Assembly (NCBI GenBank): GCA_016220095.1 | Contig: JACRIJ010000111.1 | Location: 27,748-91,747 of the forward strand | DNA length: 64,000 nt | Direction: 5' to 3' | Source: Planctomycetota bacterium | GTDB lineage: Bacteria; Planctomycetota; MHYJ01; JACQXL01; JACRIJ01 | Shown: piece by piece, positions 56,134-64,000 of the stretch | How the letters are laid out: the number at the start of each line of letters is the position of its first letter | How positions within the stretch are numbered: position 1 is the first letter of the stretch | Made by a program: the position numbers and the translations under genes | Notes under the pieces: model-generated | The model's database searches: none | What the model saw: only the letters and a program-made list of their open reading frames with translations | What the model was told of the DNA's origin: nothing

Positions 56134-57744
56134 ATGAGACCGGATATGTGTAAGTATTTGTTTTTAATTTTGTTCATCGCCGTGTCATGCCTGCTCGCGT
56201 CTGCCGGCGATATTATTGACGACGCGTCAAACGATTTCAGAAAGTTCTCCAAAGAAGGAGACTCCGCCAAGGCTAAAGCCGCTATAACCATGATAGCGCG
56301 CGCCAATAACCTGAAGGCCGCAAAGGCGCTCCTTAAGATTGTGCTGGAGGTCCCGAAGGAGAACGACGAACTCTACTGGGCCGCGCTCAACGGCATCGCG
56401 GCCGTGGACAATGCCGAGGCCGGCCAGGAAATCATCACCTTCCTGTCCAAGAACATGAAAAAACCCATAGCCGTTGACCTGGTATTCATCCTGAAATCAA
56501 ATCCCAATGACAAAATGATTCCCGTCATGGAAACCGTACTTAAGGACGGCACCGCGGAGATGAAAGAACTCGCCGTAGATTACATCAGCTCCGTGGAATC
56601 CGACAAAGCCGCGCTTTCGCTTATCAATGCCCTCGGCATACTGGGCGCTAATGACGCAACCATAAAAAGCCGCATAGTCAAAATCCTTGAGAGCCGCTCG
56701 GGCGAAACATTCGGGGAAAATATTGCGGCATGGAAACAGTGGTTGGATGAAAACAAGGATTCCGGAGGCGCCGCGGCCGCCGGCGCGCCCGCGCCTAAAG
56801 CCGCTGATACGGCAAAAGACATGCTGGATTCGGTAAGAAAATCCGAAGTGGAAAATATCGGCAAAGGCTCGGGTGAAATTATCGTTATTGACGGCAAATG
56901 CGTCTGCGGCCAGGACCATAGCTTTGATCATATACAGGAAACCCTTAAACAACTCGGCATTCCGCATACCGTAGTAAGCAGGCCGGATTTCGATGCGGAT
57001 TCGTACCGGATGGACGACAAGGTGGCCATCATTTTTAACTGCAACATGTATAAGGACCACTGCATATGCCCTACCTGCAAGCCCAGCGCGGATAAGAATA
57101 TGCGCCTGTATACCTGCACGGGCTGTGACATACACGACAAAAGAAATAATAAATTCAGCGATAAGACAATAGAAAAAATCCGTAATTATGTCGCCAACGG
57201 CGGATATATTTTTACTGAAGACTGGGAGCTTGAAGAAGTGCTGGAAAGAGCCTTCCCGGAATACGTCGGGCATACGGCGTATTTAAGCGAACAACAGGTT
57301 AAAATCCTTCCTGAAAAAGGCGCGGCCGCGCACCCGTATTTGAAAGGCGTATTTGAAAGGCCCGTCAAGGCCGTCCAGGGAGGCGACGCAGGCAAGACAA
57401 TGGTGGAAAAACCCCAGTTGAAGGTGGGCGACGGCGAATGGAAAATAGACCAGGACAGCCCGAATTTAGTCGTCAAAAAAGCCGGCGACGTAGCCGTCCT
57501 TATGGTCAGCCCTGAACTTAAAAAAATAGACGCCGAGGCGGACAGCGTGGCAGTAACATTCCGTTATACCGGTAAGAAAAAAGCCGCCGTCGCATCGGGC
57601 GGAGGCGCCAAACCGGAAGGCGGCAGTGTGCTCCACGTTCTAAGCCATTTCGGCAAACAGAAAAGCAAAACCGACGCGTTCGCTCTGCAATACCTCCTGC
57701 TGAATTTCCTCGCGGATGCAAATCAGGCCTTTAAAAACCGGTAA
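56134..57744 (+). CDS. secreted HEAT-repeat protein with Cys-rich C-terminal domain
   Basis: Start refined to MRPDMCKYLF (GGAGG RBS, signal peptide); HEAT-like repeats; CVCGQDH...CICPTCKP...CTGCD cluster. Confidence 0.5.
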   Translation: MRPDMCKYLFLILFIAVSCLLASAGDIIDDASNDFRKFSKEGDSAKAKAAITMIARANNLKAAKALLKIVLEVPKENDELYWAALNGIAAVDNAEAGQEIITFLSKNMKKPIAVDLVFILKSNPNDKMIPVMETVLKDGTAEMKELAVDYISSVESDKAALSLINALGILGANDATIKSRIVKILESRSGETFGENIAAWKQWLDENKDSGGAAAAGAPAPKAADTAKDMLDSVRKSEVENIGKGSGEIIVIDGKCVCGQDHSFDHIQETLKQLGIPHTVVSRPDFDADSYRMDDKVAIIFNCNMYKDHCICPTCKPSADKNMRLYTCTGCDIHDKRNNKFSDKTIEKIRNYVANGGYIFTEDWELEEVLERAFPEYVGHTAYLSEQQVKILPEKGAAAHPYLKGVFERPVKAVQGGDAGKTMVEKPQLKVGDGEWKIDQDSPNLVVKKAGDVAVLMVSPELKKIDAEADSVAVTFRYTGKKKAAVASGGGAKPEGGSVLHVLSHFGKQKSKTDAFALQYLLLNFLADANQAFKNR

Positions 57745-57869
57745 TGAAACCAATGATTTGCATGCCAGTATTTCCGTAGGGGCGAACCTGTGCGTCCGCC
57801 CCTTAAAACCATCAGAAAACTCAGGCCCGAATCCCATCCGTGCCCCCATGCCCATCATCATTAAAAATA

Positions 57870-57898
57870 TTGACTTTTTTTGAAAAATTTGTATACTT
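57870..57898 (+). promoter_or_regulatory. sigma70 promoter TTGACT-N17-TATACT upstream of abiEi
   Basis: Hexamers seen in sequence. Confidence 0.4.
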
Positions 57899-57944
57899 TA
57901 TAGATGTAGTCATAATATGACTATTATTTATAAGGATAGGGCCT

Positions 57945-58580
57945 ATGAATAGGCTTACAGAACATTTTTTTAAAACGTCTGTTTGGATTTTTAATCAAAC
58001 TGACGTAAAAATGGCCATCAACGGTTCTCGTTTCAGCCGGCACGGACTTATCAAGCGTGCGATTGCGAACGGCGAGATCTTAAAGATTCGCCGGGGGCTT
58101 TACTGTCTTGCGCCTGCATATCAGAAAAAACCTGTCGGCATTTATGGCATTTCCGAATATATTTACGGGCCCAGCTATATCAGTTTTGAAACCGCGCTCA
58201 GCTACCACGGCTGGATTCCCGAATCGGTTTATGTTTGTACATGCGCAAGTTACCGCAATTCAAAGGAATTCAAAACGCCTTTAGGAATTTTCAGTTATAA
58301 TCATGTGCCCCAGAAGGCATTTTATGCGGACGTTGAACGATGTGTTGGCAGTAACGGAAACGTTTATTTTATGGCATCCGCCGTCAAGGCTATGGCGGAT
58401 TATGTTTATGTTCGCAAACCCGGCTGGACGAACATCCATGATGCCGCAAAAAGCCTTCGCATCGAGTCAATTGATTTGCATTCTGTAAATGCTCAGCAAT
58501 TAAGCGCTCTAACAGAAAATTACAATAATGGCAGAGTAAAGCATTTTCTCAATAATTGGAAGGGGGCTCTAAAATCATGA
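57945..58580 (+). CDS. abiEi: AbiEi-family antitoxin/transcriptional regulator (type IV TA)
   Basis: 211 aa; N-terminal wHTH; GILKIRRGLYCL-type motif; overlaps the downstream nucleotidyltransferase gene by 25 nt. Confidence 0.6.
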   Translation: MNRLTEHFFKTSVWIFNQTDVKMAINGSRFSRHGLIKRAIANGEILKIRRGLYCLAPAYQKKPVGIYGISEYIYGPSYISFETALSYHGWIPESVYVCTCASYRNSKEFKTPLGIFSYNHVPQKAFYADVERCVGSNGNVYFMASAVKAMADYVYVRKPGWTNIHDAAKSLRIESIDLHSVNAQQLSALTENYNNGRVKHFLNNWKGALKS

Positions 58581-59434
58581 ACGTACAAATAATACAGCAA
58601 AGACTGCTGTCGTATAACTGCAAAACAGAAATCGATGAACAACATGCAATACGCGAGATTACGCAAGATGTGGTTCTCGCGGCATTAGGGCGCAGTGATT
58701 TTTTCCAGCATGCTTTATTTCACGGCGGCACCTGTCTTCGGATATTTTACGGATTGAACCGGTTTTCGGAAGACATGGATTTCATTCTTCAAGAGCCTGA
58801 CAAGGAATTCAGCTTTGAAAACTGCATTAATCCGCTCAAAGACGAACTGTCCGCCTACGGATATAACGCGGATATTACCGACCGCAGTACTGCCGGCGCG
58901 GCGGTCAAAAAGGCGTTTCTGAAAGATGAATTAATAGGAAAAGTAATTGAATTCCAATATCAAAACCAGACCGGTCCGATGAACAAAATCCGCATCAAGC
59001 TTGAGGTGGACACAAACCCGCCGATTGGAAGCGGCAGTGAACTGAAATACGTTGATTTTCCGTTTGTTTCATCAGTTGCCGTGCAAGACAGGCCCAGCCT
59101 GTTTGCAGGCAAACTCCATGCCTTGCTTTGCAGAGAATATGCAAAGGGCCGCGATTGGTATGATTTTATATGGTATACAGGACGGGATATTGATATTAAT
59201 TATACGTTCTTGACTTCAGCAATCGCGCAAATGGGTCCATGGAAAAATCAAGGCATTCAAGTCAATGAAACATGGCTTGTTGGAGAACTTGAAAAAAAAA
59301 TACTTTCACTCAACTGGGGGCAGGTTGCCGATGATGTGCGGCGCTTTATCCCCATTAACGAACAGCAGTCGCTTGGCCTCTGGGACAAAGAACTGTTTTT
59401 ACAGCAGTTGGCCAAGTTACGAAAGTTCGTGTAA
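58556..59434 (+). CDS. abiEii: AbiEii/DUF1814 nucleotidyltransferase toxin
   Basis: 292 aa; HALFHGGTCLRIFYGLNRFSEDMDF matches the DUF1814 N-terminal NTase motif. Confidence 0.7.
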   Translation: MEGGSKIMNVQIIQQRLLSYNCKTEIDEQHAIREITQDVVLAALGRSDFFQHALFHGGTCLRIFYGLNRFSEDMDFILQEPDKEFSFENCINPLKDELSAYGYNADITDRSTAGAAVKKAFLKDELIGKVIEFQYQNQTGPMNKIRIKLEVDTNPPIGSGSELKYVDFPFVSSVAVQDRPSLFAGKLHALLCREYAKGRDWYDFIWYTGRDIDINYTFLTSAIAQMGPWKNQGIQVNETWLVGELEKKILSLNWGQVADDVRRFIPINEQQSLGLWDKELFLQQLAKLRKFV

Positions 59435-59455
59435 GAGCGGTTTTGCCCCGCCCCT

Positions 59456-60397
59456 TCATGCTTCGTCATGCTGGTGCGGTTCAAATACCGCGTGATGGCC
59501 GTCGCGGTCCTTAAGCACCTTTATCATGCACGCGCCCGTAATGATGCTGAACGCGAACATATACGCCCAGACGATCATGTATATTATGGCGGCCAGGGAA
59601 CCGTAAACCAATTCATACCTCACCGTGCCGCGCGACAGGTAAAATGAAAATGCCAACTTTATGCCTTCCCACAGCAGTGTGCCCGTAATTGCGCCGGCAA
59701 GGGCGTACAGCGGCCTCGGTTTGATCCTCGGCACTATCCTGTACAAGGCGTAAAACAGCGCGAGAGACGTGGCCAGCGCGAACGCGTACGGCAGTATTTT
59801 TTCCATGAAGGTCCTTTGTATGCCGTCAACTATCGGCAAGGCGGACATGTGGGCGCCGATATAACTCGCGGCCATCTCCCAGAACATGGAAACCACGACA
59901 AGAATTACGATTATCGCCAGGATGTACATCGTATCCAGCAGGCGGTGTATGAAATCCTTGTGTTTCTGGATGTCCATTATTTTTTCCAGGGCAAAATTCA
60001 GGGCGAAAATTATATTTTTGGAAATCCATAAAAGCGCCGCGATACCTATCAAGCCGAGGGCATTCTTGTTTTTTATGGCGAAATCCAGGGCCTTTCTTAT
60101 GGAATCGTCCATTACAGGTATATTCTGGTCAAGGAGTTTCAGGAAATGCACCCGGGCCTCAAAATCCGAACCGAAAACAAAACCTATGATGGATACGCAC
60201 ACCAATATGACGGGAATAATGGAAAGCACCATGAAATACGCGATGGATGCCGCGAGATAAGACCCGTTGTGCACGGAGTAAGTCTTATACAGGTCAATAC
60301 AGAATGCCCATGTTTTTTTGATTGCAGGAGTCATTGCAATATGGTATAAAGGTTTCAGCATTTTGCAATAAAAATGTTGACATTTCAGAATTTGCAA
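59456..60397 (-). CDS. yihY: YihY/BrkB family inner-membrane protein
   Basis: 313 aa; 6 TM segments; SLAASIAYFMVLSIIP... motif of the YihY/RNase BN-like family. Confidence 0.8.
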   Translation of the reverse strand: MQILKCQHFYCKMLKPLYHIAMTPAIKKTWAFCIDLYKTYSVHNGSYLAASIAYFMVLSIIPVILVCVSIIGFVFGSDFEARVHFLKLLDQNIPVMDDSIRKALDFAIKNKNALGLIGIAALLWISKNIIFALNFALEKIMDIQKHKDFIHRLLDTMYILAIIVILVVVSMFWEMAASYIGAHMSALPIVDGIQRTFMEKILPYAFALATSLALFYALYRIVPRIKPRPLYALAGAITGTLLWEGIKLAFSFYLSRGTVRYELVYGSLAAIIYMIVWAYMFAFSIITGACMIKVLKDRDGHHAVFEPHQHDEA

Positions 60398-60435
60398 AGT
60401 ATAATATGCGCAGTAAAAAATTCAGGAGATATTTT

Positions 60436-60789
60436 ATGTACCGAATTCCAGGAGTAAAAGTTAATTTTGCTGTTTTGTTATTTTTGTGCTGTTCGCTTTT
60501 ATTCTTAACCCTATGCGGCAAACCGGACGGGCCGTCTTCATCGGCTTCAAACACTACATCCGCTACTCCGCCCCAATCCCCCCTTGCGGACAATAAGCCG
60601 CATCTTCTGAACGAACTCTTCACCGCTCTCAAAGATCCTGTAATCTCAGTGCTGGAAATAGACGCCAATAACGACGGTTCAAAAGACATACTCCTGACTA
60701 CTGCTGGAAACGAAATATACGCGCTCGTAAACCAAAATGGCGGAACCTATATTGCCAAAACATTGCTTTCCAATCAATCAATCTCCTGA
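60436..60789 (+). CDS. FG-GAP repeat lipoprotein, N-terminal part (terminates in frame 1 at 60789 just after a (CAAT)3 tract)
   Basis: AGGAGA RBS; MYRIPGVKVNFAVLLFLCCSLLFLTLCGKPDG with lipobox LTLC; FG-GAP motif EIDANNDGSKDILL. Confidence 0.5.
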   Translation: MYRIPGVKVNFAVLLFLCCSLLFLTLCGKPDGPSSSASNTTSATPPQSPLADNKPHLLNELFTALKDPVISVLEIDANNDGSKDILLTTAGNEIYALVNQNGGTYIAKTLLSNQSIS

Positions 60790-62050
60790 GAGTATAAATA
60801 CTGCAAGCAAAAACAATTCGCCTGCTCAGTGGAAATTGAACAAGGATGCCGCGGATAACAGCCCGCCCGCGCATGAACCTATCCTCATTTCGACGGAAAC
60901 CGCGGATATAAATAACGACGGATACGATGATATAATACTTGCCTATGCCGGTACGGAAAATGCGCCCTTGAAAATCCTCTGCGGCAATAGTATTGGCATG
61001 TACGACGACCTGTCAACCGCCCTGCTTCCTTCTCTTGACATACCGGCTCCGATAATGGCTAAATCGGCAGATGTGAATTCCGACGGCCTTGCGGACATCA
61101 TAATCACTTCTTTTGGCAAAACGAAAGTTGACCCTTATGACGTAAAGGCCATAGACCCGAGAAAAAATTACGTGCTTATCAATTCCGGTACCGGCGCATT
61201 TACGGATGAAACCGTAAATCTATTCGGTGAAGATTTCGCCTATACAGCAGGAATAGACGTTCAGATAGCAGATTTTAACGGCGATGGACAGAATGAGCTT
61301 GTTTTGATAAAACCCGATGGCAATCTGCTGTATGAAAACGTTGACGGCAAATTCTTATCGTCATCATATTACGAAACTGTCACGCCTCAGCCGATTCAAA
61401 ACCGGACGATAACCGTTGATGCAGATAACAACGGCAGTCAGGATACCATAGCAATTGCCAATGGAGCCCCCGTAATTATATATGACGCTCCCAATGCCCT
61501 TCAAAAACCAGCCGGACTCCAAACTCAAGACTCAGGACTCCAGACCTCGTATATTTCGCCGTTTCAATACAAGATTTCCGGCAAAGGCTCAAACAGAGCC
61601 AGAACATGGGCTTCCTGGTACGGCCCGGAAACAGCCGGCCCAGTAGGAAGTTATGATAATGAATCAGGTAAAATATGGCTTTATACAAGCACGCTTGCCG
61701 GGTATAGTTACACGTCGCCGTTAAGAATCGGATTTGAAGTGTTACAAACCGGGCCGGTGAATTTTACCGCGCAATCAAATGATTATACGGCCTATGATTT
61801 TCATAACGTAGATGCCGGAACAGTGTCAACGGTGAATATTGTACAGCAAGACAACTGCGTAACAAACGAAGACCTGTTAAATAACGCACGTGTTAAGATA
61901 TACGGCCCGGACCAGGTAGAAACAAGAGAAAGGTTTACGATAAACGTACTTGGGCAGACGATAAATCCGATTTACAGCCTTGGTAATAACGTATATTCTG
62001 TGGAATTTTACGAAAACGACGTATTATTATATAGAAAAGGATTCAATTGA
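60737..62050 (+). CDS. FG-GAP/VCBS repeat protein, probable continuation of the upstream lipoprotein in the +1 frame
   Basis: Repeated DxNxDGxxDIII units (DINNDGYDDIIL, DVNSDGLADIII, DFNGDGQNELVL); overlaps the previous ORF by 53 nt with no independent RBS. Confidence 0.5.
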   Translation: MAEPILPKHCFPINQSPESINTASKNNSPAQWKLNKDAADNSPPAHEPILISTETADINNDGYDDIILAYAGTENAPLKILCGNSIGMYDDLSTALLPSLDIPAPIMAKSADVNSDGLADIIITSFGKTKVDPYDVKAIDPRKNYVLINSGTGAFTDETVNLFGEDFAYTAGIDVQIADFNGDGQNELVLIKPDGNLLYENVDGKFLSSSYYETVTPQPIQNRTITVDADNNGSQDTIAIANGAPVIIYDAPNALQKPAGLQTQDSGLQTSYISPFQYKISGKGSNRARTWASWYGPETAGPVGSYDNESGKIWLYTSTLAGYSYTSPLRIGFEVLQTGPVNFTAQSNDYTAYDFHNVDAGTVSTVNIVQQDNCVTNEDLLNNARVKIYGPDQVETRERFTINVLGQTINPIYSLGNNVYSVEFYENDVLLYRKGFN

Positions 62051-62079
62051 GGCGAAGAGCATATGTAACTAAAGACAGT

Positions 62080-62232
62080 TATCGTCCGCTCTCGTGTCTT
62101 CGTGTCTTCGTGGCAAAAACAGTAAAAGCCGTCGTTTTCCGTGTGTTCCGTGGTTAATAGCATGCGTTTGGTATCGGCGCCAAGCATAAAACCACGTTTT
62201 TTAACCACGGAAAACACAGAAAACACGGAAGA
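62080..62232. repeat. repeat family D copy D2: CGTGTCTTCGTGGC direct repeats plus a 25-bp inverted-repeat hairpin element
   Basis: cgtgtcttcgtgtcttcgtggcaaaa...cgttttccgtgtgttccgtggttaa...ttaaccacggaaaacacagaaaacacggaag. Confidence 0.65.
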
Positions 62233-62320
62233 TGTTAAAATAGATTACGTGTGACGTGAAGAGACAGGCCTTCCCTCCTGCGCCACTGGCTTCGGATAGT
62301 TGAATAACAAAGGAGGTTAT

Positions 62321-62443
62321 ATGCTGAAACCAAAAATTATTTTTGCAATCTTAGCTGTATTTGCAATCGTGAGCGTCTGCTATTTAGCTTTTTCGTCAAA
62401 ACATAAGCAAAATATAGCTCACCTGCCAAAAAGGACTGGATAA
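62321..62443 (+). CDS. candidate small membrane protein (40 aa), not in ORF track
   Basis: AAGGAGG RBS 4 nt before the ATG; MLKPKIIFAILAVFAIVSVCYLAFSSKHKQNIAHLPKRTG has one TM helix. Confidence 0.3.
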   Translation: MLKPKIIFAILAVFAIVSVCYLAFSSKHKQNIAHLPKRTG

Positions 62444-62470
62444 CAAGCATAAAGTAAAAGGATAAAAAAA

Positions 62471-63694
62471 ATGGCAAGAAAATTATTTTTTGTGTTCGTT
62501 GTTTTGGGCAGTGCGGCTGTAATAACCATGCTGTATAGAAGAACGCATGTCCAGCCAGACACATGCCAATATTGTTTGCCTTTTGATATTGTAAAACAAA
62601 TTGCTGTAACTGCAGACAAATCAAATCCCATATATGTCAGTAAATTTCAAACAGATTATTTTAATTACGTTCCGGCAACTGCGAAAAAAAAGACGATTGA
62701 TCTGTATTCGGCTTCGCTTGTTTATGGAAGCTTTATAGCAATTAATGGAACTTTTGAATTGATTGCTTCTTTAAACCTTAAACCGCCCGGACTTAAACAT
62801 ATTTCACATTTAGAGAAAATCTCAGATTCGCCATCAAGCTGGCTTAATATTTCAAAAGACGCAAATTTGTCATTGGAAACGCTTCTGCCAGAACCCAACA
62901 AAAATGACCCCGTGATTGTAATTATTATCGGCCATTATCCGAATTCATCCCTTCTTGAAAGCACGTTGATAGGACCGATAAAACCAGAAGCAATAAAAGA
63001 AGTAAGTCTTGTTGTAGATTTTCTTTTGCAAAAAGATTTCAACGGAATTCCATACGATGAAGCGCAGAAAATGCTTAGTGCCCGGGAATATTGGAAGGTT
63101 TTCATCGGACTTGCACGAATTAAAACAATGGGGAAAATCACTTCCGCCGATTATTTTTCAGCACTCCGGAATTTACCGCCGACATGCAGTATGGACATAA
63201 CGGATGAACTTTTTAAAGAAGTAACTGTTAATACTAACGTAAAAAATGAACTTACCGCAACGCTTATTTCTTTTATTAAAACCGCCACTCCGGCTCAACA
63301 GGAACCGGTTTTAAGTGAAATCAATAAATTACTGTCAGCCGAAATACGTAATCCCGCTCTTTCCCTTGATCAACTTTACGCGAAATATAATCCTAATGAA
63401 AACGATTACGATTATGAAACAAAAATCCGTGAGCTGGAAGATTTCTTAAAATGGGACAAATACGATTACGGAAAACAACATTATACTTCAAAAGAAAAAG
63501 AACTGCTTGCCGAAGTGAAAAAAGTAATCGGTGCTGAAAAATGGAAATGGAATATTGGAAACTGCCTGGAACCGAAAAAAGAATTATCCGATACGCTTAA
63601 CAAATTGATTACACAGCATGCCGAAAATAAAGAATACGAGAATGTCACAATACAATACAAACAATTAAAAGTCCTGCTCAATAAAACGAAATGA
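62471..63694 (+). CDS. hypothetical protein with N-terminal TM anchor (407 aa)
   Basis: ORF only; N-terminal hydrophobic helix; no motif recognised. Confidence 0.45.
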   Translation: MARKLFFVFVVLGSAAVITMLYRRTHVQPDTCQYCLPFDIVKQIAVTADKSNPIYVSKFQTDYFNYVPATAKKKTIDLYSASLVYGSFIAINGTFELIASLNLKPPGLKHISHLEKISDSPSSWLNISKDANLSLETLLPEPNKNDPVIVIIIGHYPNSSLLESTLIGPIKPEAIKEVSLVVDFLLQKDFNGIPYDEAQKMLSAREYWKVFIGLARIKTMGKITSADYFSALRNLPPTCSMDITDELFKEVTVNTNVKNELTATLISFIKTATPAQQEPVLSEINKLLSAEIRNPALSLDQLYAKYNPNENDYDYETKIRELEDFLKWDKYDYGKQHYTSKEKELLAEVKKVIGAEKWKWNIGNCLEPKKELSDTLNKLITQHAENKEYENVTIQYKQLKVLLNKTK

Positions 63695-63721
63695 ATATTT
63701 TTTTCTAAACACAAATGGCCG

Positions 63722-64000
63722 TTATAACTTTTTCAATTTCTCTATAATCTCATTTATCACCCAATCCGGCGTTGACGCGCCGGCGGTTACGCCGACCTTT
63801 TTGAATTTCTTCAGCTTTTTCACATCCAGATGTTTGGCGGTTTCCGCGTAATACGTTGGCACGCCGGTGGATTCGCTTATCTGGACAAGGCGCTTCGTAT
63901 TCGCGGAACTCGCGCCGCCTACGACTATCATGGCATCAACCTCTTTGGCCAGCTCCAGCACTTCTTTTTGCCTGTTCGTCGCGGACCTGCAGATGGAATT
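63722..64000 (-). CDS. ispH: 4-hydroxy-3-methylbut-2-enyl diphosphate reductase IspH (C-terminal part; N-terminus beyond window end)
   Basis: MIVVGGASSANTKRL...GVTAGASTPDWVINEII matches the IspH/LytB C-terminal region; the ORF runs to the window edge. Confidence 0.8.
   Translation of the reverse strand, partial: NSICRSATNRQKEVLELAKEVDAMIVVGGASSANTKRLVQISESTGVPTYYAETAKHLDVKKLKKFKKVGVTAGASTPDWVINEIIEKLKKL

Overview
This 64 kb window is bacterial chromosomal DNA at roughly 50% GC, probably from an anaerobic, possibly uncultivated lineage. Housekeeping genes (dus, purH, tsaB, alr, smpB plus tmRNA, purSL, apt, pheA/tyrA/DAHP synthase, ispH, pilB/pilT) are interspersed with accessory and signalling content. 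That content includes a 1340-aa CheB-CheR-PAS-GAF-histidine kinase-receiver megasensor, two GGDEF proteins, two adjacent multiheme c-type cytochromes (10 and 14 hemes), two ArsR regulators, two Fic proteins (one with a degenerate motif), an AAA/DUF4143 ATPase, an AbiEi/AbiEii module and an archaemetzincin-like peptidase pair. The most unusual locus lies immediately upstream of smpB-ssrA: two tandem giant paralogous lipoproteins (about 1426 and 1527 aa) plus a 5' remnant of a third copy. They share a roughly 1000-aa N-terminal module but carry different C-terminal heads (a 7-blade beta-propeller-like repeat in one, an unrelated domain in the other). The window is also saturated with short dispersed repeat families (named A-F here) that sit at gene 3' ends, often overlap stop codons, and occur as nested C+A(+B) composites; one copy sits at the truncation point of the remnant lipoprotein. 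Other notable items: tandem AAGATTAC-type octamer arrays with an orientation switch flanking a CxxCxxCC (YkgJ-like) gene; a 56-aa Cys-rich small ORF absent from the ORF track, next to an ArsR regulator with a matching Cys-rich insert; several consensus sigma70 promoters abutting start codons (leaderless candidates); a (CAAT)3 tract at a frameshift junction in an FG-GAP lipoprotein; and a decayed histidine kinase/receiver remnant. All calls rest on reading the sequence and recognising motifs; no database searches were run.
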